Shown: positions 27,333-41,519 of the stretch, one piece after another | How the letters are laid out: every line of letters begins with the position of its first letter | Numbering within the stretch: position 1 is the stretch's first letter | Source: Dimorphilus gyrociliatus | Lineage: Eukaryota > Animalia > Annelida | Assembly: GCA_904063045.1 (NCBI GenBank) | Contig: CAJFCJ010000018.1 | Coordinates: forward strand, 186,001-250,000 | DNA: 64,000 bases | Reading direction: 5' to 3' | Position numbers and translations under genes: made by a program | The notes under the pieces: model-generated | Seen by the model: the letters and a program-made list of their open reading frames with translations, nothing else | Databases searched by the model: none | Told to the model about the DNA's origin: nothing

Positions 27333-27617
27333 ACAATATTATTCAATCAAAATCAAAAATTTAAGAATGAAGTAGTCAACACAGTAGACTTAAAATTCAC
27401 ACGATGCTGTGAAATATCTCAATACAAAAGAAAAGATAATAGACAGCTGAATTTCCAAAATCTACAATGAATTGTTAAGTAAACTAGAAAGTAGTTTAGC
27501 CCAAGAACAAACAAAATCGAGCGAACGGATTAAAAAATATTAGAACGGCAATACTACGTTGCGAATGATTCAAGTGGCTGACAAGTGGATTATGTTATGC
27601 TCTATCCTGCATAATTA

Positions 27618-29149
27618 TTACTTCACATTCGCTAAATCAAAGCCTTCAACTACTCTCGGTTCAATCATTGAAGTCCAGCAGACATTATCCTGAAAATAAA
27701 TCCAATTGAATATTAGAGGACTACTCAGAAACTGACACAATTACCAAAGTGCCTAATTCATATGTTTCGTCGCTCTTGATAAGCACTAATTTAACGTCTA
27801 ATTGTTGTGTAACTTGATCGTAATCAATAACTTTACCAAAACGAAAATCACTTATTTCAGGAGTATATGACGAGCCCAATTCTAAAATCTATTTGAACAA
27901 ATAGAAATCACGTAACTGTTAAATTTTGACATAAGTAAGCAAACCTTATACACAATCCAATCGTTTATATCTGGAGGCTTTTTCATTTCTTTACCTTTAG
28001 CTAAAAGACTTTCAATAGAAATCCCATTCTTCACAATAGAAGAAGTACAAGGAGTCGAGCTATTTAAATCTTGAGCCATTGAAGATTTAATTTCTTTTCT
28101 GTTCCTTTGTCGCTTGTAAATGATAATATCATCTTGAATAACTGGTGTTGTAGTTTTTTTTTCTCTTGTAACTACAGGCATTTGGCATGGCGTAGATTCA
28201 GTTTTAGATACATCCATTTCCTCTGTTTGTTTGTCCTCGTCAGATAGTTGATTCGTGTTGTTATTGAAACTTTCATTACAGGGAACTCCATTGTTATCTT
28301 CGTCAGTATTTTTTGAAGTTTCGACAGTTTCCTTCTCTTCGTCGGAAAGAAACGTAATGTGAGATGAAGCTGGTAGTATATCTTTATAACGCCTTTTGCT
28401 CTTGGGTGGTTTTATATTGGGAACAATATTTGAACCTACTGTAGAATTAGTTAATATGAAACTTGTGTTTGTATAGGCGTCTTCATTTACATCTGTTTTG
28501 TTTTTTTTTCTTCGTTTCCGATTTCGTCGACGGACTAAACCGACATCAGTTTTGTCCTCAAAGCTGTCATTTAATGTCTGAGCTGGACTTTCAGTATTGT
28601 TGACAGCTTTATTTTGAAAATTACTACTTGAATGGTTAACTAGCGACGTATTAGCAGCCTCATCAATATTATTAGTAAAAACTTTTTTCATTGAGCAAAT
28701 TTCATCACCCTCAGAAATTTTCCGCTTAATGCTCTTATGATAAGTTATTCTGCAGAAAAAGTAACTGATTAGAGTATAAATATACTTTTCATTATCTTTC
28801 TTCAATACTATTTAAGATATTCAATGAATTCTAATTGATTGATTAATTGAAAATATTTTGAAGATATGTAAAAAACAGTTTGAAGACTAAAAAAACCTTA
28901 CATTAAAATTTCATCTTCTTCAATTATTTTTGTAGTTTCTTCTTTTGGTAAGTGATATTGCTGTAACGATGCTTTTAAATGAGACGTTTGCTTCCACAAA
29001 AATTTCGTTGATATATCGTTCAGTAAGGAAGATATCGTAGGCTGTTCCTTAAAGTTCAAATGATACCATATCTTACTAGATGGTATTTTATTGAAATCAA
29101 TAAGACTAGGATCAATATCTAATCTAATTCGAATTTTTTCTGAAGCCAT
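27618..29149 (-). CDS. COIL: Coilin (Cajal body scaffold)
   Basis: The N-terminal domain MASEKIRIRLDID..IWYHLN..TISSLLNDISTKF..L....LPKEETTKIIEEDEIL matches coilin's self-association domain. The C-terminal Tudor-like exons read DWIVYK / ELGSSYTPEISDFRFGKVIDYDQVTQQLDVKL / CWTSMIEPRVV, stop at 27618. Splice phases at the first junction are consistent. Confidence 0.85.
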
Positions 29150-29361
29150 TTCAATAAACTTATAAAACTATATCGATCATTTGCCGACTGGAGAATCGCG
29201 AAACACACGTGCTCGGTTCTACCAGTTTCTTGTGACGTGGTTCTTGTTGCACGTCGAAAAATAATGCCCATTTACCTCTCTGTACCATATAACCAAACCA
29301 AAGAATTCTTTCACTGATAAAGTCGATGTGATTGAAAATTCAAAAAAAGGAAGAATTAACT

Positions 29362-30705
29362 ATGACGATCTTAACAGAGGAATTTATTTTAAGTAGAACC
29401 AGGTGTTCAGATTTATCTAACGTTCGAAAATTAAATTGTTGGTATGTAAAAAAGAATTGTATTAAAAAAAATCATTATTTTGCACGGTTCTTATCAACTT
29501 TCAATATTTATAAACATATTTTTAAAAGGGGAAGTAATTTGATCAACATAAACTCTATATCGAAGCTAAAGAATGCTCAAATATTAAGTCTCAGGTTGGT
29601 TTATGCTAAAAATGAATTAATTCTCTAATGTTTTATTAACTACTTTAATTTTAGTATGAATAAAGTATCTACACTAAAGCCTTTCTCTGCTTGTAAAAAT
29701 TTAGAAGAACTCTATATCAGAAAAAATAATGTGTCAGACTTACAAGAAATATGTTATTTAAAGCGCCTTAAAAAGCTGAGGGTTTTGTGGCTCTCAGACA
29801 ACCCCTGTACAAATAACGATCACTATAGGAAAACTGTTATCCGTACTTTACCTAACTTACAAAAGTTGGATAATATGCGTATGTTGATAATGATATATAT
29901 TCAACGTTTTCAAATAGTAAAGTAGCATTTTTATAAGCAGCAGTTACACCAGAAGAAAAAAAAGAAGCGGACGATAAAGGCGTTCTTTTAAGAATAGAGG
30001 GAGAGAAGTCAGAAGATAGTTCATCAACTCCAGATACTTCAGATAATGAAGCTTCTTCTGAAGAGGAAGACAGTACTCCCTCAACTGACTTAAGTGAAGG
30101 AGAACTCGAACCTGATTCTTTATCACATACCGTCAGAGAAGATAACGATCAATGTCTTCTCATAAGAAAAGATGATATTGAAAAGCCTGTCCCGCGAGTA
30201 TTAAGTGATGATGACACTTTTTTTAAACTAAAACAAGATCCAAAGTCAATCCAATCACAAATAGAACCCAGAAGAAAATCTGAAAGTAATTTCAAAAATA
30301 CAGATGATCTTACTTTAGAGGAAACTAAGTACGTCTTCATTATTATTCTTTTCAAACAACGAAGAATTAATCAATTAATTAATATATCATTGTCTATTTA
30401 TTTTTAAAAGCAAATTAAGAGTAGAATTGGGACTGAAGCCGTTGAGAACAAAGAAAAAGGGTTCGTGCAGTTCAAAAAATAAACCAAAATTTTTTCTCCA
30501 TGAAAATTCTGTTAGTCAGGTAGGTGATAAAATTAAAATTAATCAATAGTCTTTAAGTAATTACGTGTCTAGAACTCTAAAATGTAATATTTTTCAGGTG
30601 CAGAATAACGTTCTCCAAGCATCTTTGCTCTTAATAAATGATTTAGACAAAGATAGTTTAACTGTATTGCAAGATACTATAAGAAAAAAATTGAAGGATA
30701 TGTAA
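29362..30705 (+). CDS. CFAP410: Cilia- and flagella-associated protein 410 (C21orf2)
   Basis: The protein reads LTEEFILSRTRCSDLSNVRKLNCWGS..LEELYIRKNNV..ICYLKRLKKLRVLWLSDNPC..YRKTVIRTLPNLQKLDN and ends in the helix NNVLQASLLLINDLDKDSLTVLQDTIRKKL, matching both conserved CFAP410 termini. Confidence 0.92.
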
Positions 30706-31314
30706 AATTTTGGTGCCAAAACTTGTATCATACTGGATGTTCATCTTTAACAATTGACGTTTAACAACGCCTTTTTTACTGACTTTTAGCCTTTCTTATA
30801 ATTTAATCTTATAATTGAGAATTTTATTTCTGTATAAGACAAACATTGAACAAAGATGATTTCAATGGCAAATTTTAGCTTTATGGCAATTGACTTTAGT
30901 AGACATTTAACGAGCATATGTTCATAAACAGCATTTAAATAACATATCAAACACCAACCTTCTCTATCTTTGATCTGTATATTAGAGTATCTCATTCAAA
31001 GAGTTTTCTAAGGTAGTAGGAAAATACGCAAGATTCGTTAAAATGATTCAGAGTGTAATATTTTCATTAAATGACATTTAGTCATTGGGACTCGCTTGTC
31101 GCGCATGTGTTCAAAGTCTGATAAATATCCGGGGAATTTATGACTATTAACAACTATTTCATCGAAGTTAAGCTTTTCGTATATCCTTAGAGAACGCTTG
31201 TTAGTGATTTTCCCATAATAATAGATCAAAGAGGTCTATAATAGCATTCGCTACATATACAAAAATACTGTCTATGAATAATTATATCTATGAACGATTA
31301 AAAATACAATGACA

Positions 31315-32201
<887 letters not shown>

Positions 32202-33381
32202 ACTTAGAGAAAGTGAAGAGTTAAGGAGTCAACGAAGACGAATATAAAATTTTACGACTTTAGAGGGTATATTATTGTTGACTATGCACATAAAGGCTTT
32301 ATAACGTCGCTTTTATGCCACCCTCTTCGAGCTTTTCGAATCCGGGCGCCAATATCTTGAAGAATTTTTACCACACTATAAAACCGACATTTAGCTCAAA
32401 CTAATACGCATATTGGATGCTGATTGGCTGCTAAAAGAGAATGTTGACTAATCACCGTGGAGTATTGCACGAAACTTTTTAATGAATATTGATTATGCTG
32501 ATGATACGACTTGTATTTGTTACAGAGTATTTGTGAATATATTGATGATTGTTGAGCAAAAGTGGTGTTTTTATTTGAGAGTGCATTAGTACGAACGATT
32601 AAAACGTGTTGCGAAGGAGAGTAAGCATTTGTAGAGGGAGAGCACTTGATTGAGACTTAATTAGTGATATGTGAACAGCTGGGGGATTCCCACACTTTTT
32701 CTTATAGTTTTTATACATCTGTCTTTGATGTCTCGTCGTTAATTACTTTCTATATACGTTAAAGATTGAAGAGAACGTTTTTATTACGCTTCGAAAATCA
32801 TATATGGATCGGGGAACTTTAAGATATTTAATTAAATTGTTGCAAAAGGGTTTTACTCTTTTTTAATTATCGTATAAAAGGCAATCGAGTATAGTATAAA
32901 CAAGCGGATATTATAATTGTTTATGTAAATTCAATAGCCGTTTTGATAGCGCTCAAACATTTATACAGTATAATACTGACATAATTTGTAATTTTTCCAC
33001 ATAAATGGGCGTTTGCATGTGAAGACAGCACCTGCGTATAAAAGAAAAAAAGAAATCAAGCGAAGGGAAAAACTGATGATTGTCAAATGTGCTATTTAGT
33101 GGATAAAGAATGAAGCACTCATACATCAAACGTTCCTCTATTGTTTTACAAGGTTCTTCTAATTACGCTACATACAATGAATGCCTGTTTAAGACTAGAA
33201 GCGCGAGGCTGGTATACGGATGTAAACAATGCATCGTTTCCTTAATTGCTATTGACTCAGCATTCGCTGGGTGTTAATTCATCTGCGATATCTTGCCCTT
33301 GGTAATATTGGCAATTGTACATTTAAACAAAATTACAATAAATATGTCAAGTTTTGAGGATAATTTATTTTTGATAAACTT

Positions 33382-35885
33382 TCAATTGTTGTTTTCCAGA
33401 GCCCTTCCTTTAGTTTCAACTGGTAGAATAATTGCACAACCGGCTATAATAAGGGCAACAGTCGCATAAAGTCCAAATGCTAAGTAATGAGAAGATTGCA
33501 GCAAAACTTGAGCAACAAATGGAGTGATCAATGCTCCAAGTCTAGCGAATGCAGAACAGGTTCCTAAACCGACTGCCCGACAGTTTGTAGGGTAATACTG
33601 TTTCATGGATTAGCATTGTTATTTCAGATGATTGCCTTTGGCTGCTATTATCATTAAACTTACCTCGGGTGTATAGACGTAAACTACTTGAAAACCAGCT
33701 GATATAAAAGCCCGTGCTATGAACAGTAGAGTAACCATTGGGTATCTATTATATTGTTTAATTGACCGTTAAATAACAAATCTCAATATATATTTTAAAC
33801 TTTATAGAGTTAACAAACCTGCTCATGCATATGAGAAGAAGATATAGAGCCGCTGCAGACGTTGTGAAACTGGCTAGTATGCTGAATTTCCGACCAATTT
33901 TATCAATGACGATAATCATCATCAATAAACCTACAGGTTTATCAATATTTATATTATTGACATTATATAAGATTATTTGCCTAAGAACCTGGTAGTTCAG
34001 CAGCAGTAGTAAGCATTAAATCTAGATAATCCTCTGTTTTCAGAGGTTTACATTCACATAAAGTTTTTAATTTCGCTCCTGAAATGCAAGTTTGTCCTTC
34101 TTTGACTAATTCTGTGGCTAGTAATGAAATCCCGTAATATAAGAATCCACATCCGAACCTAGAGATAATAAATTTAAATGATAAATTTCTGCTAAAAGAA
34201 TATTAGAAAGATTTTTACCATATACAAAATAAAAGTAAACTTGATATTCTATGTTGTTTGCTGAAAAGTTCCTTAACATCACCTCTGCCCTCCTGCAATT
34301 TATTTGCTATTAAATACAATAGATGGCGCCACCTGCTACTAACTGTCTGTTTAGATTTCAATTTATATAAAGGCATATCAATTCCATTAACCTCGGCAAT
34401 GTAATCTAAGGTTTTTTTAGCTGCAATTACATTTCCACTTGCCAAGTCGTACCTGGGACTCTCGGGCAGAAACTATTAGAGAAAAATGAATTGTTGTTAT
34501 TCTTAAACAAACGGAGGAATAAAAATATATTAACTCCTGTTATTAAGATAAATATTCCAAGAGGCAGACAGCTGGTCACAATCCACCACCTCCAACCTGC
34601 TGACGGTATAATAAGGAACCCAAGGACAACCTCAAAAACAGCGCCGAAGGCGAAGAAGAACTGATAGTATCATCACAAATAAGTAATAATAGAAAATAAT
34701 TGTTTAAATGAAAGCTAACTTGAATTAGCATGATACTTCTTCCTCGAGAATTCGACGGTAGAAACTCAGAATAATATGTTATGCTATAAAAATTATAGTT
34801 ATTTGGTCACCAATTATATAAAACTTGACATTTGAACGTGAAGGATAAAATGATATCATCTATCATTTAAATTATATAACTTACGCCTGAGGTGTCCCAG
34901 AAACACCAATGCCTACTATAAATCGCAGAATCAAGAGCCAAATAAATAAAGGGGCCACAGACGTCAGTGATCCATAGTAAAAAGCGATAGATGCAGATAA
35001 CAATAAAGCCTGTTGTCAAAAGTAAAAAATGTTTTGTTTACTTTATTCACAGCAAATTAAAAAGCTGTGAAAAATTTTGTTTCAGGGATATTTCTGTAAA
35101 TTGACCTAGTGTCCTCTACTTTTTAGTCGTATTTTCATTTATGGATTCGAGTGTTGTAGAAACCTTACTTTAAAGTATATTGGATTTAACAATAGAGCAT
35201 GGTGTATATGCATTATACCATTTAGGAAAATTTCCTTTTTATATAGTACATCTAAATATAGTCGTGTATCGATTGAGTAGGGCCTACATTTCGTGGTATC
35301 ATACAAAAATAGTTAATTTTTGGAATAAATCTTACAGATTTTCTGCCAAATTTATCAGCGCATATACCAATAACAGGGGATCCAATAAGAAAGCCGAGGA
35401 AGACACACTGAATGAAAAATATAAGATTTAAGAGAAGTGAAGTGTGATATAAATATTTTCTATGTGGCTTAGAGAATACTAACTGTTGTAACGAGAGCTA
35501 CTTTAAAATTGCTAATATTCCATTCGCAAATTAATATGGGACCGAGAATGGCCAAGATCATAATCTCCATCGAGTCGGCAATCTGCTTATAGTTCTCATT
35601 TAATTAATACTTCTATTTACTAAGGAGCTATATGTTTACAGACCCATGCCAATCCTGCAAATAGGGATAATCTCCATTGAAATTTTCCAAACCCGCACAA
35701 GTTAATTACCTCTTCAATCGTCAGCTCTGTCGATGTAGGGAGCCAGATAAAGATATATGTTGATATCAGGCTTCAAATGTCTCTTTAGAACATTACTTAC
35801 CTTTAAGCTGTCCATTTAATTCCTTACACTTGATTTTTTCATTGTCAAAACTGTTATATTGTTTCTTCTCCGTTAATGATGTCAT
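33382..35885 (-). CDS. SVOP: Synaptic vesicle 2-related MFS transporter
   Basis: Multi-exon motifs include GFGKFQW..GLAW, ADSMEIMILAILGP, FCPESPRYDLASGN...AKKTL..IA..NG and [37 protein letters not shown]. Confidence 0.9.
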
Positions 35886-36549
35886 AACGGATTAAGCACA
35901 GTGTCAATTTCCAAATTTCATTTATTAGTATATTTCTAACGAGTAATGTAAGTCGTTTTTTTTTTTGCAATACTTTTTTTAAACATATACAGTATACATC
36001 AATATAAAAAATATTCATGAAATGTTACACACTAAAATATAAAGGAAGCAAAAATTCATATATTTGCAGCAACCGAATACACGGGCACTGAATAATGTTC
36101 AAACATCTGTTAAATGCCATATGTGGTCTGACCAATAAACTATCGGCTTGAACATTGCGTATATTTCCTCTTTCATTATAGGCTTGCAGTCTTATTTAAA
36201 AACAGTGTATAGATGAAACAAGCAGAACAAAGCAGTTTTTTGCTGTTTTTTTACGGGCGATTTTATCAGAAATAATCTTTGTTAATTATTTTATTTGAGT
36301 CACTCGTTGTCGCTTACTGTTCATTGATTTGGATGATGCCAATCGGCTTTGTAAGAGGGTAGCATTCGTCTGAAAGAGAATATCATGAATAAAACCCTAT
36401 TGTATTCTGACAAAATAAAACAAATATATAATATAATAAAGTGAAGATTGTGAATTTTTATAACGTTACTCTATGCCATAGTACGTTATTAAAATGAAAT
36501 TGGAGATTATACATAGAAATGCGAGGATACTAGAAGTGTAAAATTATTT

Positions 36550-39500
36550 TTAAATAGGTTTTAAACTCACTTCCGTCAAACCAGTCATAACATTCGGCCG
36601 GGAACACTTAAATTTAAAAGCGGAGGAAGTGAGCGTATAAAGAAGCGGATTAAGAGCCGAGTTGACCGGTAAAACGAATATAGCAATCCATGCGTAGGCG
36701 CGCGAATTTATTGACGCTCGATTGAGCGCCGTCACTTTTAAGCCGATTACAGGCAGCCAACAAGCCAAATTCGTGAGCACGATAAAGGCAAACCTTCTAG
36801 CCAGTCGAACCTCTCTTCCGTGACCACTGCTCGAAATTGAAGCTGAGGACCGCCTTATAGCTGTATACATTTTCAGATAAACAATTGATACTAGCATGGA
36901 ACATAATAAAGTTGTTGCCAGAAAAGTTCCAGCAGAATAACGCCAGCCTACTGCTCTTGGTTCATGTATATATAGAGGAAGACAAGCTCCATTGTTTGTG
37001 TAATAGGTGGTAGAAAAATAATCTGTTAATTGTGGTATAAGAGGCATGATTACAAGAATTCCTACTACGGTCCAGATAATAACAGTAAAGGCTTGAAGCG
37101 TCGTAAAATTTCTTGAAAGAGTTTGCAACGGTCTCTCTACGCTCACAAGTCTTTCCATGGATATTAGGCCAATAAAAAAGGCAGATGCTAAATAAGAGGA
37201 AGTTGTAAGCAGACCACATACAGTGCAGGTTGAACTGTTTCTCCAGCGCTTCTGCATTGACAGATAATGTCCTCTAAACAAAGCATCCTGAACGGCCAAT
37301 ATAAATAAATATATTCCCATAAGCATATCGGCGACGGCCAGATGGACGATTAAAAGACTGTGACCTCTTCCACGACTAATCTTCCTCATAGATCGAATGC
37401 GACTGACAATTACCCTCATGTTACCGACCACACTTAGAATAGATACTATCCAAACGCATACTCGTAGCACAGGAGATGCTAAAAGATTTTTGTGATTTGA
37501 TATACCATCTCCTCTGGGATAGCATTTTCTGACATGTAAAGCTAAAGAGCACATGTGAAAATGGGGTAGATATCTAGTCAATAATAAAATAAAACAAGTT
37601 AGGTTAATTCAGTAAGAAATCATACATATCAGTAAGTTTCTCGAGCGGAGAAAAAACATCTTCGTTCACCAAATTTTCTAAATCATTGTTTCGTAGATCT
37701 CTGATGTAATTTATTAAATTATTACGGTTGGCCTTTCTTTTACTAAACTCTCCTATAGTGGTGGCTAGGAGACCACCAAAGAGAATTAATAAAATAGCAT
37801 ATCAAGATAAGCAGCTCCGACTAAAGAGCAGCTTCCCTTTCTATATTATGCATATTTATTATGTTTAAAGATAATATTTAAATTATTATGAAAAATTCAT
37901 ATTCTTCAAATTAAAAGTATTACGTGATAAAATTAGTAAACTATCAGTATTATTATTATTGTTATTGATAGAATTCGTCAACTAAAAAACGAAATAATAT
38001 TATTACTTGGCACTTTTATGTTTTTAAAAGCAATCAACGAAGTGTTTCATAGAATTCGCATCTTTAACATGCTTTATACATTGTACGATAAAATTTCAAA
38101 TAGCTTTAGTTAAAAATAACTTCAGAGTCGATAAAATGTAACAGCATATTAAAGTATTCTCATCTATTGTTATAACTTCATATAAAATATCATAATTTCC
38201 TTTAACTATCCAATAATCTTTTCATTTTATAAATGCTAAAAATAGAAAAGAAGAGCTATTTACAAAGATTTGAGGTTTTCTAAAGATGCAAAAGTTGAAG
38301 GCTTTAAGTAGCTAATCATGTTTTCTGAAATATTCCTGTTTGGAAGATAACAAATTTTTCAAGAAAATTGACTTGTTTAACTGATACTTTAAAACATGTT
38401 AATACATACAGGGCTTCCAAGTAGGTTAAGTTTTTAAATAAGTATTCCAAGGTTGTAAGTGAATTTCTAGCCAGAGATCTGAAAAGTAGCAACATTTTAT
38501 ATCACTTTATTTACTAGTATTGAAATACTAGCAATTGGGATAACTTAGGTATCATCGTAAAAGCATCTTTTGCTATTTTCAAAATTTCATTGGAGTTGAG
38601 CCATCTGGAATTACATAGGGAATTTATTGATTGAATTTTTACAAGTCTAATAACTTTTGACTGAGTGAGGTCGACGCCTTTTAAGTACTTGATCAGAATC
38701 AACATACTAATATATACTGTATATATATAGTATATATATGTATTAGTACATAGTACATACACATATGTCTGTCACTATATATTTGATGAATAAAATGTGT
38801 AAATAAAAACATGCTAAATTGTTATTAATACATTGTTTAATATAAAAGAGAAGTAAACTCATATATTATGCAAATATCAAAATGTTCATAATGTAAGTTT
38901 ACATTTTTAAGTGAATATTTGTCGTAGCATTCATGAATACTTACAAATCTACCAAATTTTCAAGGCCATAAAATACCTTTTCACCAATATACTCAAGTTT
39001 ATTATCGCCTAAAAATCTAAGACAAAAATATAGATTAATGCCTTGTATTTTATGTATCTAATATGTCTTATTAATAAGGTTTCATTAATTTTTTTTTACT
39101 TACAAATGCTCAAGGGAAGTAAGACCGTAAAAAACTCCACTATCCAAACTTTGTATGTTATTATTGTCCAGTTTTCTAGACGAATAAAGAATTCTAAAGT
39201 TTTGAACAGATTTTTAGAATTACACTAGTATTACAGAGAAATGAGATGATTTAAATTCTTAAAAGTATTCGGATGTATATATTTTATCCTATTTCTCGAT
39301 AAATCTCTGTAGAGTAATTGAATTTATTAACAAAGTCAAGCTTTAAATAAATATAAAATACACACAAAATTTTTAGTTGCTTTGTAAAAGTAAATAATCT
39401 CGGTTGAACTTTTGAAATGTTGTTGTTATGAAGGTATCTGGAAGAGCGTTGATTTATTATTGTAAACAGTATAAATGAACCCTATTGCACTTACAAATAT

Positions 39501-41068
39501 TGTAGGGATGCAGCAGAGGAAAAGGAATTGTCTTCTATGAAGTCAATCATATTATTCATAATCGTTCTACAGGAGAGTAAAGATTATACTTAAGAACTAT
39601 TATTATTCTAAAAAAAAAGATCAATTTAACTTACAACTTTTGAATATTTGGAATGTATTGTAGATATTTGAAGGTGATATGCTGCAGTCTATTGCCGGAA
39701 ATGTCACTACGTGAGGAAAATGCTTTAATTTTAATTAGATGTGAAAAATAGCTTACTGACAGAGATTTCACGTCCTCGTTTAGAACAGGTAAACTTGTCC
39801 AATTCAAATTTGCACACATGAGGGTAAAACCACAGCAAATGCACTGTTCCGTAGAGTTCTGTAAGTCTGGCAAAATTCAAATTGATTCAACAGACTTCTG
39901 CTTGTAGAATATTGCGATAAATGTGATAATTAATCAAACATAATTGACGGATGATTGAAAAAAAAGATTTCTTTTTAACGCAATTGCAAAATAATTCAAG
40001 AACTCAATCACATGGTTGAAATATTTTATGTAAACTGTAGTTTATATATCTCATTCGATTATTATACTACGTTCAACTATTGAAATATCAATACTAAATT
40101 AATTTAGAAAATTAATATTTTGCTATGTTAAATTAATTTTCATACAGGAGAAAAAATATACATACAACATGGCGCCTTCGAGCAATCTTGCCTATCGGCA
40201 CTGGGTCTTTTTGGGAAAAGAGCGTCTATCATTTTGTCTTCAAACAAGTCGCCTGTAAACAAATCTAAATAGAATATTTATCTAGAGTTGTAACAATAGA
40301 AATAATATATTGATAGTAAAACAATTGTGTACCGCAATCCAATTCGTCCGATCCATCATCACAATTTTTAACTCCATCGCATATTTTACGACGCTCAACG
40401 CAGTACGAAGTCAAATTTGAGCAGACGAAACTTCCTAATGGGCACAAGCTTTCTACACCTGATAAACAAATTTATAACGTATTAAATGCCTATTTGTAGA
40501 GCAGCACATATACGTGCATTACCTCTACATAAATTTATCTACTATTTGAATGAAAAATACGATTTGGGACAGAGCCACCACGCCCGTCTGCGAAAGGGCG
40601 TTTCATGATTGAGTGACGATCCAATCGCTGTGTAAATTATCAAACAGGCAAATAATAGACATCAATTACGCCGATTATCTCAGATTTTTACCATAGAGAG
40701 TATGTTTTAAGCACAACATGAAGTCTCACTTAAATTTTTATAGAAAAAAATTTTTCTACAAGAGCCAAATCTAATCCTTTCAGACTGCTGACTCACACAT
40801 AAATTGAGACTTAACTAGAAATCTGATAAATTTATCACATGTATTCGAAATGATTAAACATTATAAAGTTGCAGTTGCTGAGCAGTGCAAGATGTTTTAG
40901 CATCTGGATTAAGTACTATTGTATATAAAATTAAAAATATCTAGTTAGTTTAATTTTCTGGTAAAGTTTTACTCATAACTATCAGCTTGTTTTTAAATTA
41001 GATTTGCCATGAAACTTACTTTGAAAAGATGGAAAAAGGATCAAACTGAGGAATACGAACGGCTTCAT
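36550..41068 (-). CDS. LDLa-LRR G-protein-coupled receptor (type C LGR; RXFP/Lgr3-4 relaxin-receptor-like)
   Basis: The signal-peptide exon 41068-41020 (MKPFVFLSLILFPSFQ, phase-1 GTAAGT donor) joins the LDLa exon (SVESLCPLGSFVC..CDGVKNCDDGSDELDC). LRR exons lie at about 37620-39870. The terminal exon has CYPRGDGIS..NLLA..LRVCVW, seven TM helices and NSALNPLLY. Confidence 0.9.
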
Positions 41069-41519
41069 AATTTGCTCTAGCCTTCCAAGCGTCTATTTTC
41101 TAAGGGCGACCTCTGGCGTTATATCGCATAGTTTTGGCGCGCAAATAGACTATAATCGATGCAGCAACAATTTGCTAGAATTCGATTTCGTTATGGAAAG
41201 GAGCGAATGTCAATAGAAGAGTGTTCAGAAAGGACTGTTTGAATGGTTTTATGCACAGAGTGACTTCCGTTCGAATATTTATTCAAGGTAATGCAGAAAA
41301 ACTATGTTACATTATAGTAAACAGGCCTACATTTAACTTAAAAAATTCAGCTACTATTTGAAAGCTGCTTTTTCTTAGCTAAGTCTTCGATCTTCAGAGC
41401 GTTGATGCAATATGCTGTTGTAAAGAAATATTGATATTAGTTGACATATTAAATTTTTATGTACCAATTATCATTAAATTGATCTAAAAGAGCTATTCAT
41501 GTAATTATTATCATTTAAG

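Noticed and set aside
30786-31229. Two short minus-strand ORFs downstream of the homeobox gene
   Set aside because: They cannot be joined in frame by a plausible intron and show no domain; this is probably 3'UTR.
40540-40600. ATG exon MKRPFADGRGGSVPN as the LGR start
   Set aside because: It has no signal peptide; the exon at 41068-41020 supplies one with a consensus donor in the right phase.
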